From Rebecca billardiae RCC1528 (taxonomy: Eukaryota; Protista; Haptophyta), in contig OZ251231.1 in NCBI GenBank assembly GCA_965240325.2, positions 1,364,001 to 1,428,000 on the forward strand: 64,000 bases of DNA, read 5' to 3'. Both the position numbers and the translations under genes were made by a program. The notes below the pieces were generated by a model. The model had not been told where the DNA came from. It was given only the letters and a program-made list of their open reading frames with translations, and ran no database searches. This document shows positions 11,914 through 23,721 of this stretch, one piece after another. The first letter of the stretch is position 1. Every line of letters starts with the position of its first letter.

Positions 11914-12296
11914 GCCGGGACCGTGGTCGGTACGGTGTTGTGCTCCGCCTGCCCGCCTCCTCAGGCCTGCTCAGGCAGAGCAACCCTGGCGGGATGCGAC
12001 GGCAATCGATACTCGTCTTTGCAGTCTCGGCAGTAGCAGCCATCATCCGCCAATTCACTCTTGACTCTTCAGGCACGAGTGTCGACTGTGTCCAGTGGTC
12101 ATCAGCTGACAGGGACACAGCCTGACACTGACACACTGATGTCACCCGTGATGTGCGGTTCGGCCGGTCGATCACACTCGTCACAGCCGCCGATGAAGAA
12201 AACAAGATCGCCGGCTGAGACTGGACTACATAGCTTGCTGATGACATCTACTGCACGTCGGCGACATCGTCACTCACTCACTGCTGCTGTAATCTG

Positions 12297-12396
12297 TACA
12301 GTTTACTATGTTTTAACGTGCACACTTGGTTAAGGCGTGATTGACGCCATCCAACACTGCACAAAGACACCGCCACAAAACAGACCGGCGCAGGCA
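12297..12396. mobile_element. Dispersed repeat family 2, truncated copy
   Basis: Near-identical to 10190-10288. Confidence 0.75.
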
Positions 12397-12769
12397 CAGT
12401 ATGACTACCTGCCCGTGCGGATGCATGTGCACAGCATGGTCGTCCTGCCAGACGAAGTAGCCCGCTCAGAAAGACCTACCTATATACTATGATGTACTAC
12501 GACTACGACTACAGCATGCTTACTATTGTCCGACCCAGTTACTTATTTTTTATACGTCGGAGAGTCGGAGACGTCGGATTAATGCCGGTTGGCCACGCCA
12601 TTAAAACAGCCAGCCCGGCGTGAGCCCGATTACGAAGCTTATGATGCCAGCGGCAGCCAAGAGCTTGCCGGATGTCCACAAGCGCGCTGCGACCGGCCCA
12701 CCGCCCCGAACAGGGCAACGAACCTGCGGTGGATCGTGTTCCAGAAGGAGCTGCAGATTATTATAGCCA

Positions 12770-13498
12770 TTAGGTGGCGAGGTTCTTGCTGAAGAACTCG
12801 AACATGTCCTTCCACGCCCTCGCCGCCATCTCCTCGTTGTACGGCGGGAAGCCTGGGCCCATCTGGGCCATGCGCGCATCGAATGACTCGAAAGGCGCTG
12901 GGTCCTTGTTCAAGAATGCGTGCCCAACGTCGGAGTAGACGTTGAGATCGACGTTCTTGTTCCCGGCCTCTTCAAGCGCGGCGCACAGCTTGCGGCCAGT
13001 GTCCTGGTCAGAGAAGCCCTTGCCCTCATCCTTCTCGCCAAGGAAGAGGGCGACTGGCTTCTGCAGCTTGGCCGGCTCCGGAATGAGCTGCATATTGATG
13101 CCGTAGAAGGACGCCACGCATGAGATGTCCGCTGAGGCGTAGGCGCCGCCGAGGGCGAGCGCACCCCCCATGCAGTAGCCCACGACCCCGACGCACGGCG
13201 AGCCCTCAGCCTTGAGGTGCGCTGCGGCGTGGCCGATCTCAGCGACAGCGGCGGGGAAATCAAGGTTTGACATGAGGTGATGCGCCTCTTCCTTGTCCGC
13301 CCCGATCGTGCCCTTGTAGATATCCGGGATGAGAACCCGATAGCCAGCGGAGGCAATCCGCGCGCCGTGCTGCTGGATGATGGGCGTCACGCCCCACCAC
13401 TCCTGAATGACGATCACGGCCTTGGCGCCGGCTGGGCCGGCGACGAAGCCGGGGATAGACTTGTCGGGGCCGAACACGATCTTATCGTACGGGATCAT
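12770..13498 (-). CDS. Dienelactone hydrolase family protein
   Basis: IQEWWG, nucleophile elbow GYCMGG and GHAFLN; intronless 242-aa ORF. Confidence 0.92.
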   Translation of the reverse strand: MIPYDKIVFGPDKSIPGFVAGPAGAKAVIVIQEWWGVTPIIQQHGARIASAGYRVLIPDIYKGTIGADKEEAHHLMSNLDFPAAVAEIGHAAAHLKAEGSPCVGVVGYCMGGALALGGAYASADISCVASFYGINMQLIPEPAKLQKPVALFLGEKDEGKGFSDQDTGRKLCAALEEAGNKNVDLNVYSDVGHAFLNKDPAPFESFDARMAQMGPGFPPYNEEMAARAWKDMFEFFSKNLAT

Positions 13499-13703
13499 CG
13501 CTGCTGGGTGCGTCCTCTCCGCGTCCAGCCGCCGCCCCGCGACGGACTCTCGTCGTCCGATCGGGAAACTTGGCTCACCGAGCGATGAAGTCCGGTAGCC
13601 GAGCGGTCCACGCCCGACCGGACAGGCCGGACGTGGACGCTTTTGGCCTCCCCCCCAAATTTGCGGCGGCCGTCACGCGAACGACGAGAAACGGACTCAC
13701 AGA

Positions 13704-14661
13704 ATGCACAGCAACGTGACGATGTGGCTTCCTGCGGCGACGACGCTCGTATTCGTCTGCACATACTTCGCGTGTGCCTCCATGGCAGTGGCGAGTGGCG
13801 CGTATATTGGCGGCATGGTGAGCGCGCGCTGAGTGCGCGCCGGCTAGGTCGCCCCGGGCGCAGCATAGCGCTCCGTCGCCAACCCTCGCCCTGCGTGCGC
13901 CCTGTGTGTGCGCGCTGCATCTGCGCGCACAGGCGTGGCCCTACATCAGTGACACGGGTCGCGAGGGCCCTCGCTACTACCTCTTCGCGATCGGCCTGTC
14001 GCTCACGGCGATTGGCGTGTCTTATTCGAACTGGGTGTTCTGGCGCAGCACTTTTTCCAGCCCTGCCAAGGCTTGCTGCGCCACGGCGGACGTGTCTCTC
14101 GCGGCGGTGGTGCTCGTGGGCACGAGTGCCCCGTTCCTTATCCTGCTGGCGGTGATGTCCACCATCGAGCACCCGAGCGTGCACGACATCTCGGCGTACA
14201 TCTTCTTTGTGCTGCAGACTGTCGCCATCATCGTGCAGACGGTCGCACTGGCGCGCAGGCAATGGTCGACGCCGCGCAAGCGGAAGGCGCAGATCTTCCG
14301 GAACGTGGTCGCCTTCTGCTATTGCGTGCTCTTCCTCATCTATCTGCCCATCGGGCTCGCCATCAACTGCCCGTGGGCGCGGCTGAGCATGCGTGAATGT
14401 ATTTACGTCCAGCGCCTTGGCGAGGCGTACTGCCGCAACCTGCAGCTCGACTCGGACCCGAACCTGACCAAGCTGTGGGACTACTCCGGCTGCCCGGGCA
14501 CGAACAACATGCGCTCGGTCTCGCAGACGCTCTGCGTGATGTGCCTCGTCCTCTTCTACGGCTCGTTCACCATCAATCTCTCGGAGCCCGAAACGCCCTC
14601 GACGCTGGACGCTGGCGGTGAGCAGGGTGGTGAGGGTCGCAAGGATGGCCGCGGTCTCTAA
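13704..14661 (+). CDS. Frag1/DRAM/Sfk1 (TMEM150-like) membrane protein; intron 13818-13932
   Basis: PYISDTG signature after the first TM helix, VHDISAYIFF and about six hydrophobic helices. Confidence 0.8.
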
Positions 14662-17600
14662 TCATGCTGCATGACAAATTTCACGGTGCCGTGGGAATCA
14701 CCAGCTGAGGGCGTGACGTCTGCGACGTCCGCGACCGATTTATTATTGACAAAATAAATCTATCAGTCCGATCGCGGCGAGTGCCACTCTCCCGTTCTCC
14801 GATCACTCACGCGGCTGTCTCCGACTCCGAGTGAGTTACGGCGATCGAAAAACGAAGTATCTAGTCAGTAGACGACTAGCTAGTCGAGCTTTACCCGGAG
14901 TTATCTAGCTGACAGTACGACAGAGTTCTTATGATGCAGCTCATTGTAGTATATAAGCAGTTATAATAACGAATAATATATTATAAATAATGTGAATCAG
15001 TAATATATATATGTGGGGTTATTGGTACAATAACTGATTGTCTAAGAGGACGACAAGAACGCCGGGCGCCAGCGCCGCTCATCAGCCACATCGCCCTCTA
15101 CCAGACCATCGCCTCAAAGCGCTGCTCCCGGACAAACAGTCTGTCCGGGTTTGTCGCCGCGGAGATCTGCTGTTTCCGGCGCCCCCCGGTGGCTGCTTCG
15201 CCAGGCGCGGGCGCGCGAGATGGCTGCAGCCGGGCTCGTGGCCCTGCGTCGCCGGCGGCGGCGGCTCGCACGCGGGTGGCGCGTCGCGTGCACCGACCAA
15301 CATCTTTCGGCAACTCGGCGGTAAGCAACGCTCCGCATCGCGCCCCCTCGCGCTTCGGGCCACCGCCTCTTCTCTCTCTGTGTGCGTGCGCACCCTGTGG
15401 CTCTTCCGCACCCGCCCCGATCGCACCGTTCCCTCTTCGCCACATGCCTCCTCCTCCGTGGGTGCGCCCCCACGCGGATCGCTGCTCCATCTCTCCCGCC
15501 CTGCCTCGGGATCGCCCCGGTGCCAACGCCAGCCGGCTCCTACACAAGGACCGCTGGCGGCACACCGCGCGCCGGGCCCCGTGCGCACCCGCGGGCCATT
15601 CACAGCATCCGCAAAGGCCGTCTAGCCTTCTCCTGCTTCCGCAGCGCCGCGCCTCGGGGCCGGCTGCCTGCTATCTCTCCTATTCGGGTTCCGTCTCACT
15701 CGCACTGCCCCACCTGCCCAGCCCCCGCTGGCCGGCCCTCGTGCGTGCGCGACTCACACGTGCCTTGCCCCCTTTCCTTCCCATCACTCAATGGGATTCT
15801 CCTCCACGCGGTGCTCCCCAACACACCATGAAACGGGATCACTCACGCACCGCGTCTCGTCGACGGCGAGCGGCATGCCCACCGCATCTGCTGCCGCTCG
15901 CCAAGGCATGAGGACACGTAAATCCCACTGAGTAGGAACACACGCAGCCGCCTCGGCATCGACATGCCAGGCGGCGTGCCCACCTTCGGCCAGCAGTTGG
16001 CGTCGGCGTTCACGAGGACGGCTAGACGTGGGGTTATTGGTACAATAACTGATTGTCTAAGAGGACGACAAGAACGCCGGGCGCCAGCGCCGCTCATCAG
16101 CCACATCGCCCTCTACCAGACCATCGCCTCAAAGGGCGCTGCTCCCGGACAAACAGTCTGTCCGGGTTGTTCTGCCGCCCAGGAGATCGATTTCCGGCGC
16201 CGGCCTCTGCCGCCTGCTTCGCCAGGCGCGGCGTGCGAGATGGCTCCAGCCAAGCTCGTCCTGCGTCGCCGGCGGCGGCGGCTCGCACGCGGGTGGCGCG
16301 TCGCGTGCACCGACCAACATCTTTCGGCAACCCGCCCACCCAGGGCCCGTTGGTCTGGTGCTCGGGCGGCGGGATCACAACACCCGCCGTCCGACCGCCC
16401 GGTCTTGCGGCGCTGCACTTAGGGCTCATGTGACCCCCTGCCTCCCAACACGATTGGGTTTTTCAGGTTAGGTCCCCAGCAGTGCTGCTCCCGGGCGGTC
16501 AGGTGGAGGTTCAGTCGACGAGTCCGCAGGCGCTCAGCCTTCCGTCAGCGGACGTCCGCGCGGGATCACTCACGCACCGCGTCTCGTCGACGGCGAGCGG
16601 CATGCCCACCGCATCTGCTGCCGCTCGCCAAGGCATGAGGACACGTAAATGGGATTTTTGTTCCTCGAAACAAAGTGCGAGCGGCAGCCAGCGCTCGGGC
16701 CGAGCGCGCGGCAGGACTGGCCGCTCGACGCCGACAGACGCGCGGTGTGAGATGGATCCCGCGCGCCGGCCCGCAGAGTGAGAGCGAGCAGCATGCCAAA
16801 CCGAGGAACAGATCGATGGCGGAGGGCGCACCGCGCCGACGCAGCGGCAAAAAACGCCAGGCAACATCAAGCTGCCAACAGCAGGGGTGGGCGGGCGGGG
16901 CAGCTTGGACGACGCAGCTCGAGAGCCGCCAAGCCGCACGACAGCGAGGCACCGGAAGGACATCGTGCATAGGGCGCCTCGAAGCTGCGGGCCGCCGGAA
17001 ACGGCTGCGAAGGGCGCTCGCTGCGAGTGAGCAGGAGGCATGCAGCAGCGACGGTAACGGTTGGCTCGGCGCCTGATGGAAAACCCAGTTCACGAATTGG
17101 CCGCCCTGACCGCCATGCCAACCTTGCCTAGTGAGCTTATGGCCCAGGAGCAGCGCAGAGAGTAGGTCGTTCTAGGCCGTCGTGCGTGCACACAGAGCAC
17201 GGGCTCGAAAGTCCCTCGTGGCACGAGAAGAGGGTGGCCAAGATGGCAGCCGGACTTGAGCTCGGCCGCCTGGCTCAGGCTGAATGGCAGGCAGGTGTTG
17301 ATACGGCGCATTGCGCTCCCACCGTCCTCTTAGACAATCAGTTATTGTGCCAATAACCCCACGTCTAGCCGTCCTCGAAGCGCCTGCGCCATCCAGATGC
17401 AGTGAGGAGGCGAGGCACACGCCGGGCAGGGCGGAGCCACGCTGCGAGAGACCAGACTTTATACATATTGTATGGGATTTTTGTTCCTCGAAACAAAGTG
17501 CGAGCGGCAGCCAGCGCTCGGGCCGAGCGCGCGGCAGGACTGGCCGCTCGACGCCGACAGACGCGCGGTGTGAGATGGATCCCATTTGTGGTTGTACTGG

Positions 17601-18092
17601 TGGGTGGTCCGCACGTCGGGGTTGAAGAGGAAATCCCATACAGAAAGGTGGACGAAGTAGTGGGGAAGGCAACCAGGCGATAGGACGAGACCGGTAGTGG
17701 ATGCGGCCCACGCGCCCAGGATCGGACCCAGCCAAAGCCAAGGACGGCAGAGGCAGTTGTGCACGACGGCGACATAATGCCCAGAGCCACGAGTGCCAGC
17801 GGAGCGGGCGGGCGAGCCGGTAAATCAAACGCACGGAGCCGCGAGCGACTAGACGGCGGAGCGAGACCAAAGATGCCGCCATCGCGGGCCGTCGGCGTTT
17901 AGGAACCACCAAGCGCTCGTAGAGGCAGCTCGATGCGGGCGCCGGGGGAGGGGCGGGGAGTAGGGTGGAGGCGAGGCCACGCGAGAGCAGGGGGCGACGC
18001 GAGCGCGTGAAAGCAGCGCACGCATGCCGCTGGCTAGCGACCCCAGGGCCGCGCACGCCGACCCGCTGGCCGGAGGGGGCCGAAGGCAGCAA

Positions 18093-18802
18093 GCACGCGC
18101 GACCCGTGGGCGGCACGCGCCCACCGCGGGCCGGAGGGGGGGCCAAGGACAGCCGGCACGTGCGACCCGAGGGCCGCGCGTGCCGACCGCGGACCGGAGG
18201 GGGGGGCAAGGACAGCCGGCACGCGCGACCCGAGGGCCGCGCGTGCCGACCGCGGGCCGGGGCCAAGGACAGCCGGCACGCGCGACCCGAGGGCCGCGCG
18301 TGCCGACCGCGGGCCGGAGGGGGGGCCAAGTACAGCCGGCGCGCGCGACCCGAGGGCCGCGCGTGCCGGCCGCGGGCCGGGGCCAAGGACAGCCGGCACG
18401 CGCGACCCGAGGGCCGCGCGCGCCGACCGCGGGCCGGGGCCAAGGGACGGCCGGCACGCGCGACCCGAGGGCCGCGCGCGCCGACCGCGGGCCGGAGGGA
18501 GGCCAAGGGACGGCCGGCACGTGCGACCCGAGGGCCGCGCGCGCCGACCGCGGGCCGGGGCCAAGGGACGGCCGGCACGCGCGACCCGAGGGCCGCGCGC
18601 GCCGACCGCGGGCCGGAGGGTGGCCAAGGGACGGCCGGCACGCGCGACCCGAGGGCCGCGCGCGCCGACCGCGGGCCGGAGGGTGGCCAAGGGACGGCCG
18701 GCACGCGCGACCCGAGGGCCGCGCGCGCCGACCGCGGGCCGGGGCCAAGGGACGGCCGGCACGCGCGACCCGAGGGCCGCGCGCGCCGACCGCGGGCCGG
18801 AG
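18093..18802. repeat. GC-rich minisatellite, ~12 copies of a 57-64-bp unit
   Basis: Unit GCACGCGCGACCCGAGGGCCGCGCGYGCCGACCGCGGGCCGG(AGGGN)GGCCAAGG(G)ACRGCCG. Confidence 0.92.
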
Positions 18803-18810
18803 GTCGAGCC

Positions 18811-19143
18811 GCGCGGGCGTGAGCACGCCCCTGAGCGGGCGGGCAGCGGCGAGCGGCGGCGAGCGGAGAGCGTGCAGCGAGCACGAGGGCGCCGAGTGCG
18901 AGCGGCGCAGCCACCGTGCAGCGGGGCGACGGCGGCGGAGCGAGCCGACGAGGCAGGAGCGCGCCGCGCGTTGATGAGCGCGCGAGCAGCACGCCGTTGC
19001 CAAGCGGCGCGGGCGTGTGCACGCCCCTGCGCGGGCGAGCGGCGGCGAGCGGCGGCGTGCGGAGAGCGTGCAGCGAGCACGAGCGCGCCGAGTGCGAGCG
19101 GCGCAGCCACCGTGCCGCGGGGCGACGGCGGCGGAGCGAGCCG
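18811..19143. repeat. Two-copy direct repeat (~135 bp, period ~196)
   Basis: 18811-18947 matches 19007-19143. Confidence 0.8.
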
Positions 19144-19315
19144 GGAGCGCGCCGGCGCCGATGAGCGCGCGGGCAGCTATATATATATTATAATAATGTC
19201 TGTCGTAGTAGTTTAAGTAGTTATTCGTCGGATTTCGTCGCAGTAGAACGACGAGCAGTCGTCGCGTAGTCACGTTTATTATGACGACGAGTTCACCAGC
19301 GCATCCACTTATTCA

Positions 19316-20332
19316 TCAGCCTGGCGGTTGCTCAGTGATGAAAACATTCGTCTGGGTTGCACACGCGGCTGCGCCAACAATCCCAGAGTCATCACCCACG
19401 CGCGCGATGGCAAGGCGAGGGATGCTGTCGTCGACGGACCACCACAGCCGCCGCAAGTGCGCACGCACACGCGTCACGATGGCTTCTCCTGCGTTTGACA
19501 CGCCGCCGGCGATCACGATCACGTCTGGGTCGAGGATGCGGCACATGTTGAGCAGCCCGCGGGCGAGGTCGAGCGTCACCGTGTCGACGATGTGCTCAGC
19601 GAGCGCGTCGGTCGCGGCGGCAGCCTCAAAGACATCGGCGCAGGTGGGCGCTCGGCCGAGCGTCCGCAATCGGCTCATTCGGCTGTCGTCGTGCGGATCG
19701 GATCGCTCGAGGGCCTCCATGGCGAGCGAGGCGACGGCCGTTCCGGAGCAATACGCCTCGAGGCAGCCGGCCTGGCCGCATGCGCAGGGCCGCCCACCGA
19801 CTGGGTGAATCACGTGATGCCCGCCTTCAGCGCACCCTGGGAGCGGTCGTCCGTCGATAACGACGCCTATCCCAACACCCGTGCCGATCGTCACCATCAA
19901 GAGCGTGCGTGGTGGCTGGTCGTCACGGCCTGCGCCCACCCAGGCCTCCGCAGCGGCAGCTGCGTCTGCGTCATTGGCAACGACCGCGCGCGCCCCCTTC
20001 AGCTCTTGGACATCCGCGAGCATCTCGGCGAGTGCCACGTGGCGCCACGCGGGTAGATTCGCCGCCGCGTGCACCACGCCGCCGCGCACGACGCCTGGGC
20101 AGCCCACCCCAACGGTTGCGACTTTTGCGCCCGGGCAAATGTGCTGGACCTGCCGCATGACATCGGCGCAGCATGCGCGGATCGCACTGACGACGCGCGC
20201 GGGCGTCTTCGACTCTGGCGATCCCGTCAGCTCGGACTCGGATCGGCAGAGAAGGGCCCCAGTCGATGGGTCGACCGCACCGACCTTGACTGCAGTGCCC
20301 CCCACGTCCACGCCGATCGCCACGACCGCCAT
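19316..20332 (-). CDS. ROK-family sugar kinase (glucokinase-like)
   Basis: GVDVGGT, NDADAAA.AE..VGAG, TIGTGVG.G, EGGH and CACGQAGCLE motifs. Confidence 0.92.
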   Translation of the reverse strand: MAVVAIGVDVGGTAVKVGAVDPSTGALLCRSESELTGSPESKTPARVVSAIRACCADVMRQVQHICPGAKVATVGVGCPGVVRGGVVHAAANLPAWRHVALAEMLADVQELKGARAVVANDADAAAAAEAWVGAGRDDQPPRTLLMVTIGTGVGIGVVIDGRPLPGCAEGGHHVIHPVGGRPCACGQAGCLEAYCSGTAVASLAMEALERSDPHDDSRMSRLRTLGRAPTCADVFEAAAATDALAEHIVDTVTLDLARGLLNMCRILDPDVIVIAGGVSNAGEAIVTRVRAHLRRLWWSVDDSIPRLAIARVGDDSGIVGAAACATQTNVFITEQPPG

Positions 20333-20412
20333 CGCGAGGCAGGTCGTCTGGCAGCTGCAGTCCGGGCGATCCACACAAATGGGCCGGGAAAGTGCCGAGC
20401 GGGATCCCAAGG

Positions 20413-23400
20413 ATGGCCGAGCGCGACAGCACGAGGCGCTGCGCGAACTGCAGCGCGTCGAGCAGCGATACGAAGCTGCGCCTCTGCGCCAAGTGCCGCA
20501 GCGTCTACTTTTGCAGCCAGGCGTGCATCAAGGAGAAGTGGCCGCAGCACAAAGCTGAGTGCCGGCGTCGCGTGGCGGAGGCCGCGGCGGCGGCGGCCGC
20601 TGCTGAAAGGGCCCCCGCGCCCGCGGCCGCGCCGGTGCCCGCGGCCGCACCCGCACCCGAGTCCATCGCGAGGCACACGACTGCACGCACAGCCGCCGGT
20701 GCCACCGGTCGGGCACATGCTGCCGCGTGCGCACCCGCTGCCGGGGCGCTCGCACCTTCTCCTGCTGCTAGCGAGCGCAGAGCGGTCGCGCGCGACGTGC
20801 TCGCCGCGCTCACCTCCGACATCCTCGCAGCTGGCGCGGTGAAACCCCCTCTGCGGTGCGAAGTCGAGCTGCTCAAGCGCGCGTGCAACGCGCTCTTCAG
20901 CGCCGGCGACGCGGAGGCCGCGCTGGACGGGTACAACTTCGTCACCGGCACCTACCTGCTCGCGATGAGCCGGCTCGGCATGCGGCCGATCGCTCGGCTG
21001 GACACGCCCGAGACCGGCCCGAGCGTGTGGCTGCTGAGCGTGGGCGCGCTGGAGCCGCTGTGGGCGAGCACTCTGGCCAACCGCGTGCAGGCGCTCCTCA
21101 ACCTCGGCCGTCACGAGGAGGCGGCCGCGGGCGCCCTGCATGCGCTCCGAATGCCGGGCTGCGGAGATGGCGTGCTGGGCGAAAGCGCGCTGCGCCGCAA
21201 GCTGCTGCAGCGGCTGCGCGCGGCGCTGGCGCCGCCCTCGCAGGCGGTCATCGACGCCGCCGTCGCGGCGCACACCGCGCGTGCCGCGCGCGAAGGCGCG
21301 CCCTCGCCTCCCCGGGCTGAGACCGGCGCCGCTCTGGCGTCGATGCGCCAGGCAGCGAGCAGGCGGCGCCAGGCTGCAGCGGGCAGGGCTGGCCCCGACG
21401 CCCCGTGGAGCCGGGAGGCCGCAGCAGCCATCCTCGCGCTGTGCGACGGCCAGCCGAGCACCGCTGTCGACGTGCAGGGCGTGCTCCTCGCGGCATGCGA
21501 AGACCCCGGCCGAGACGCAATCACGCTCGGCGATCTGGTCAGCGGCGTGCGGCGGTGCTGCGGTTTCATAGTCACGGAGCGCGTCTCCCACGCCGCAGTG
21601 TTGCGTATCGCACGGCTGATGTGCCCCGCGCTCTCGCACTGCGCGGAGCGGCAGCGCGCGTTCGGCGCCGCGCTGCGCACGGCGCGCGCGGAGTACGAGG
21701 AGATCGCGAGCTGCTGCGCGCGCGTGCTGCACCCCTTCCTGATCTCGGCGGGCACGCCCGCGCTCCCGCGCACGGCGGCTGAGCGGCTCAGCTCGGCGCT
21801 CGAGACGCGCTGCCGCTGGCTGCTCAGCGGTCGGTACAGCCACGAGTCAGCGCTGTTTGCCTACTTGGTGTGCGCTGACCGGCTGCTCGGGGCGCTGCTC
21901 TCAGGGCTCAGCGACGGCGACCCGCTCTCCTCCGAGCAGTGGCTGCCCAGCGACATCGGCGCGCACGCGCTGCGCACATACATCGAGGAGCCGCGCCAAG
22001 ATGGCGCGAACACGAGCGCGGCGGTTGCGACGGTTCGGGCGGCGTGCGCGCTCGGCCTGTCAGGCGTGTCGCCCATCCGGGCGGACGGGTTTGACTGGGT
22101 GGGCACGCTGAAGTGCGCGGTCGAGCTGCTGTGGATCGCGCTCGCCGACGCGCAGCTGATCTCCTCGGCGGAGCACACGCGCCGTGTGGAGCTCGCTCGC
22201 GAGGCCCAGGGGATGCGCTACCTTGCGTGGCCGAGCGCGCTCGAGCGCACGCACAGAGCAGCCGCTGAGGTGGACACCCGCAGCCTGGCCGACGGCACGC
22301 CGCGCACGCCCGTCCCGCTGCGCCACCTCTTGACGAAGGCGGAGGAGCTCCGCGCCAAAATGCACGAGATCTGGCGGTGCCCTGAGCACGCGCCGCCGAA
22401 GCCCACGCTGCGCGAGGAAGGAGTTCTCCTGAGCCACGCGCTGTCGGAGGCGGAGGCAGCCGTGGAGGAGGCGATCAGCGCGGCAGACGCGGCGGCGGCA
22501 GCCGAGGGCGGCGGCGGGGCGGGTGGCCGTGGCGGGCGCTCCGCTGCCGACGGCCGGTCGCCGAGGGACAGGTTCAGAGCGCGCTGGTATGGCATGAGCG
22601 CTGAGCTTGTCGCTGACCCTGCACACATGGCGGCGCTCCAGGGCGAGATGGAGTCGATCGCGCGCGGCAAAGCACACCTCGCGCGCCTCGGCGGCAGTGA
22701 CAGTGGCGGCGGCGGCAGCAGCAGTGGCAGCAGCAGCGGCGCTGGGCACTCTGAGAGCCCGCTCGACCTCATCACGCGCGCGCTCGAGTGGGACGTGCTG
22801 GCGCGGCGCGCCTCGCTGCCGGCAGAGCTCCCCGTCGTCGACGAGTGCTGGTACATCAGCGTGGTGCCCGCGCAGGGGGTGAGTGCGGAGCGTCCGCAGC
22901 AGCAGCTGCCGGCGGCGGGCGGGTTCAGTCTGCAAGTGCGGTCGGCCCGTGTGTACGCGACGCGCTCGGCGCAGGTGCTGGTGAGTCGCGAGCCGCCGCC
23001 GGCGGCCCTGTCGATGCACGATGCGCGCAAGCCCTCGGAGCTGCCCAACGCGCTCGCCGTCGTGCCCGTCGCGGGCGCTGCGGTGGGCGCACGGAGCAGC
23101 GCGGCGCAGCACGCCTGGCTGTGCGCGTACGTGGCGCACGCCGCGTGCCGCGCGCTGCTCGACGCCGCGTTCGTGCGCGACGGCCTGCCTGCGCGCGTGC
23201 AGCTCGGGCCCATGGGCTGCGAGGCCCTGCACAGCGCGTTCGGCGCGGCCGATGGCGTCGGCGATGCGGGGCAACACGGCCCCGACAGCGCGACGCGCGC
23301 ACCCGGCGCAGCCTCGGCGTCGCGGCGCGCGCACGGCGGCGCGCGGCCGACCGACCGGGCCCAGCCTGGCAGCGTGACGCCGGGCGCCGCGTCTCGTCAG

Positions 23401-23523
23401 CGGCTGCGCGTCAACGCCTGGGCGCAGCGCTTCGTCGAGGAGGATCTTGGCGTGAGTACGCTCGTGCGCGCGTACGGTGGATGCATCCGCCGCAACTTGC
23501 CAACCGGCAAGGCCAGGTGCTAG
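20413..23523 (+). CDS. MYND zinc-finger protein with TPR-like helices
   Basis: N-terminal CANC...CAKCRSVYFCSQACIKEKWPQHKAEC and TPR-like NRVQALLNLGRHEEA; long open frame. Confidence 0.8.
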   Translation: MAERDSTRRCANCSASSSDTKLRLCAKCRSVYFCSQACIKEKWPQHKAECRRRVAEAAAAAAAAERAPAPAAAPVPAAAPAPESIARHTTARTAAGATGRAHAAACAPAAGALAPSPAASERRAVARDVLAALTSDILAAGAVKPPLRCEVELLKRACNALFSAGDAEAALDGYNFVTGTYLLAMSRLGMRPIARLDTPETGPSVWLLSVGALEPLWASTLANRVQALLNLGRHEEAAAGALHALRMPGCGDGVLGESALRRKLLQRLRAALAPPSQAVIDAAVAAHTARAAREGAPSPPRAETGAALASMRQAASRRRQAAAGRAGPDAPWSREAAAAILALCDGQPSTAVDVQGVLLAACEDPGRDAITLGDLVSGVRRCCGFIVTERVSHAAVLRIARLMCPALSHCAERQRAFGAALRTARAEYEEIASCCARVLHPFLISAGTPALPRTAAERLSSALETRCRWLLSGRYSHESALFAYLVCADRLLGALLSGLSDGDPLSSEQWLPSDIGAHALRTYIEEPRQDGANTSAAVATVRAACALGLSGVSPIRADGFDWVGTLKCAVELLWIALADAQLISSAEHTRRVELAREAQGMRYLAWPSALERTHRAAAEVDTRSLADGTPRTPVPLRHLLTKAEELRAKMHEIWRCPEHAPPKPTLREEGVLLSHALSEAEAAVEEAISAADAAAAAEGGGGAGGRGGRSAADGRSPRDRFRARWYGMSAELVADPAHMAALQGEMESIARGKAHLARLGGSDSGGGGSSSGSSSGAGHSESPLDLITRALEWDVLARRASLPAELPVVDECWYISVVPAQGVSAERPQQQLPAAGGFSLQVRSARVYATRSAQVLVSREPPPAALSMHDARKPSELPNALAVVPVAGAAVGARSSAAQHAWLCAYVAHAACRALLDAAFVRDGLPARVQLGPMGCEALHSAFGAADGVGDAGQHGPDSATRAPGAASASRRAHGGARPTDRAQPGSVTPGAASRQRLRVNAWAQRFVEEDLGVSTLVRAYGGCIRRNLPTGKARC

Positions 23524-23721
23524 CGGCGGACGACGGACCACGGAGGTGGGCGGTGCGGGCGCCCTGCTGAGTGTCGTCAGTCATCATCATACTGTCACAG
23601 TACTATACGTATGTCTATGATAGTACCGTGAAATCGTGAACCGGTACCGCCATAGAGTCTTTCGTTGTTTAGACCGGCAAGCGCCCGTTGGTCGCCCCCC
23701 GGAGGGTCGCAAGGCGTCACG

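Larger units (their letters stand above)
15013..19176. mobile_element. Composite non-coding repeat element with split direct repeats, an inverted repeat and tandem arrays
   Basis: A 15013-15314/16028-16331; B 15834-15923/16561-16650; C 16649-16760/17472-17583; 55-bp inverted pair 16013-16067/17323-17377. Bounded by (TA)n runs on both sides. Confidence 0.55.

Noticed and set aside
17172-19273. Long ORFs in several frames (616, 474, 358 and 316 aa)
   Set aside because: They are stop-free translations of a GC-rich minisatellite with low-complexity A/R/P/G content.
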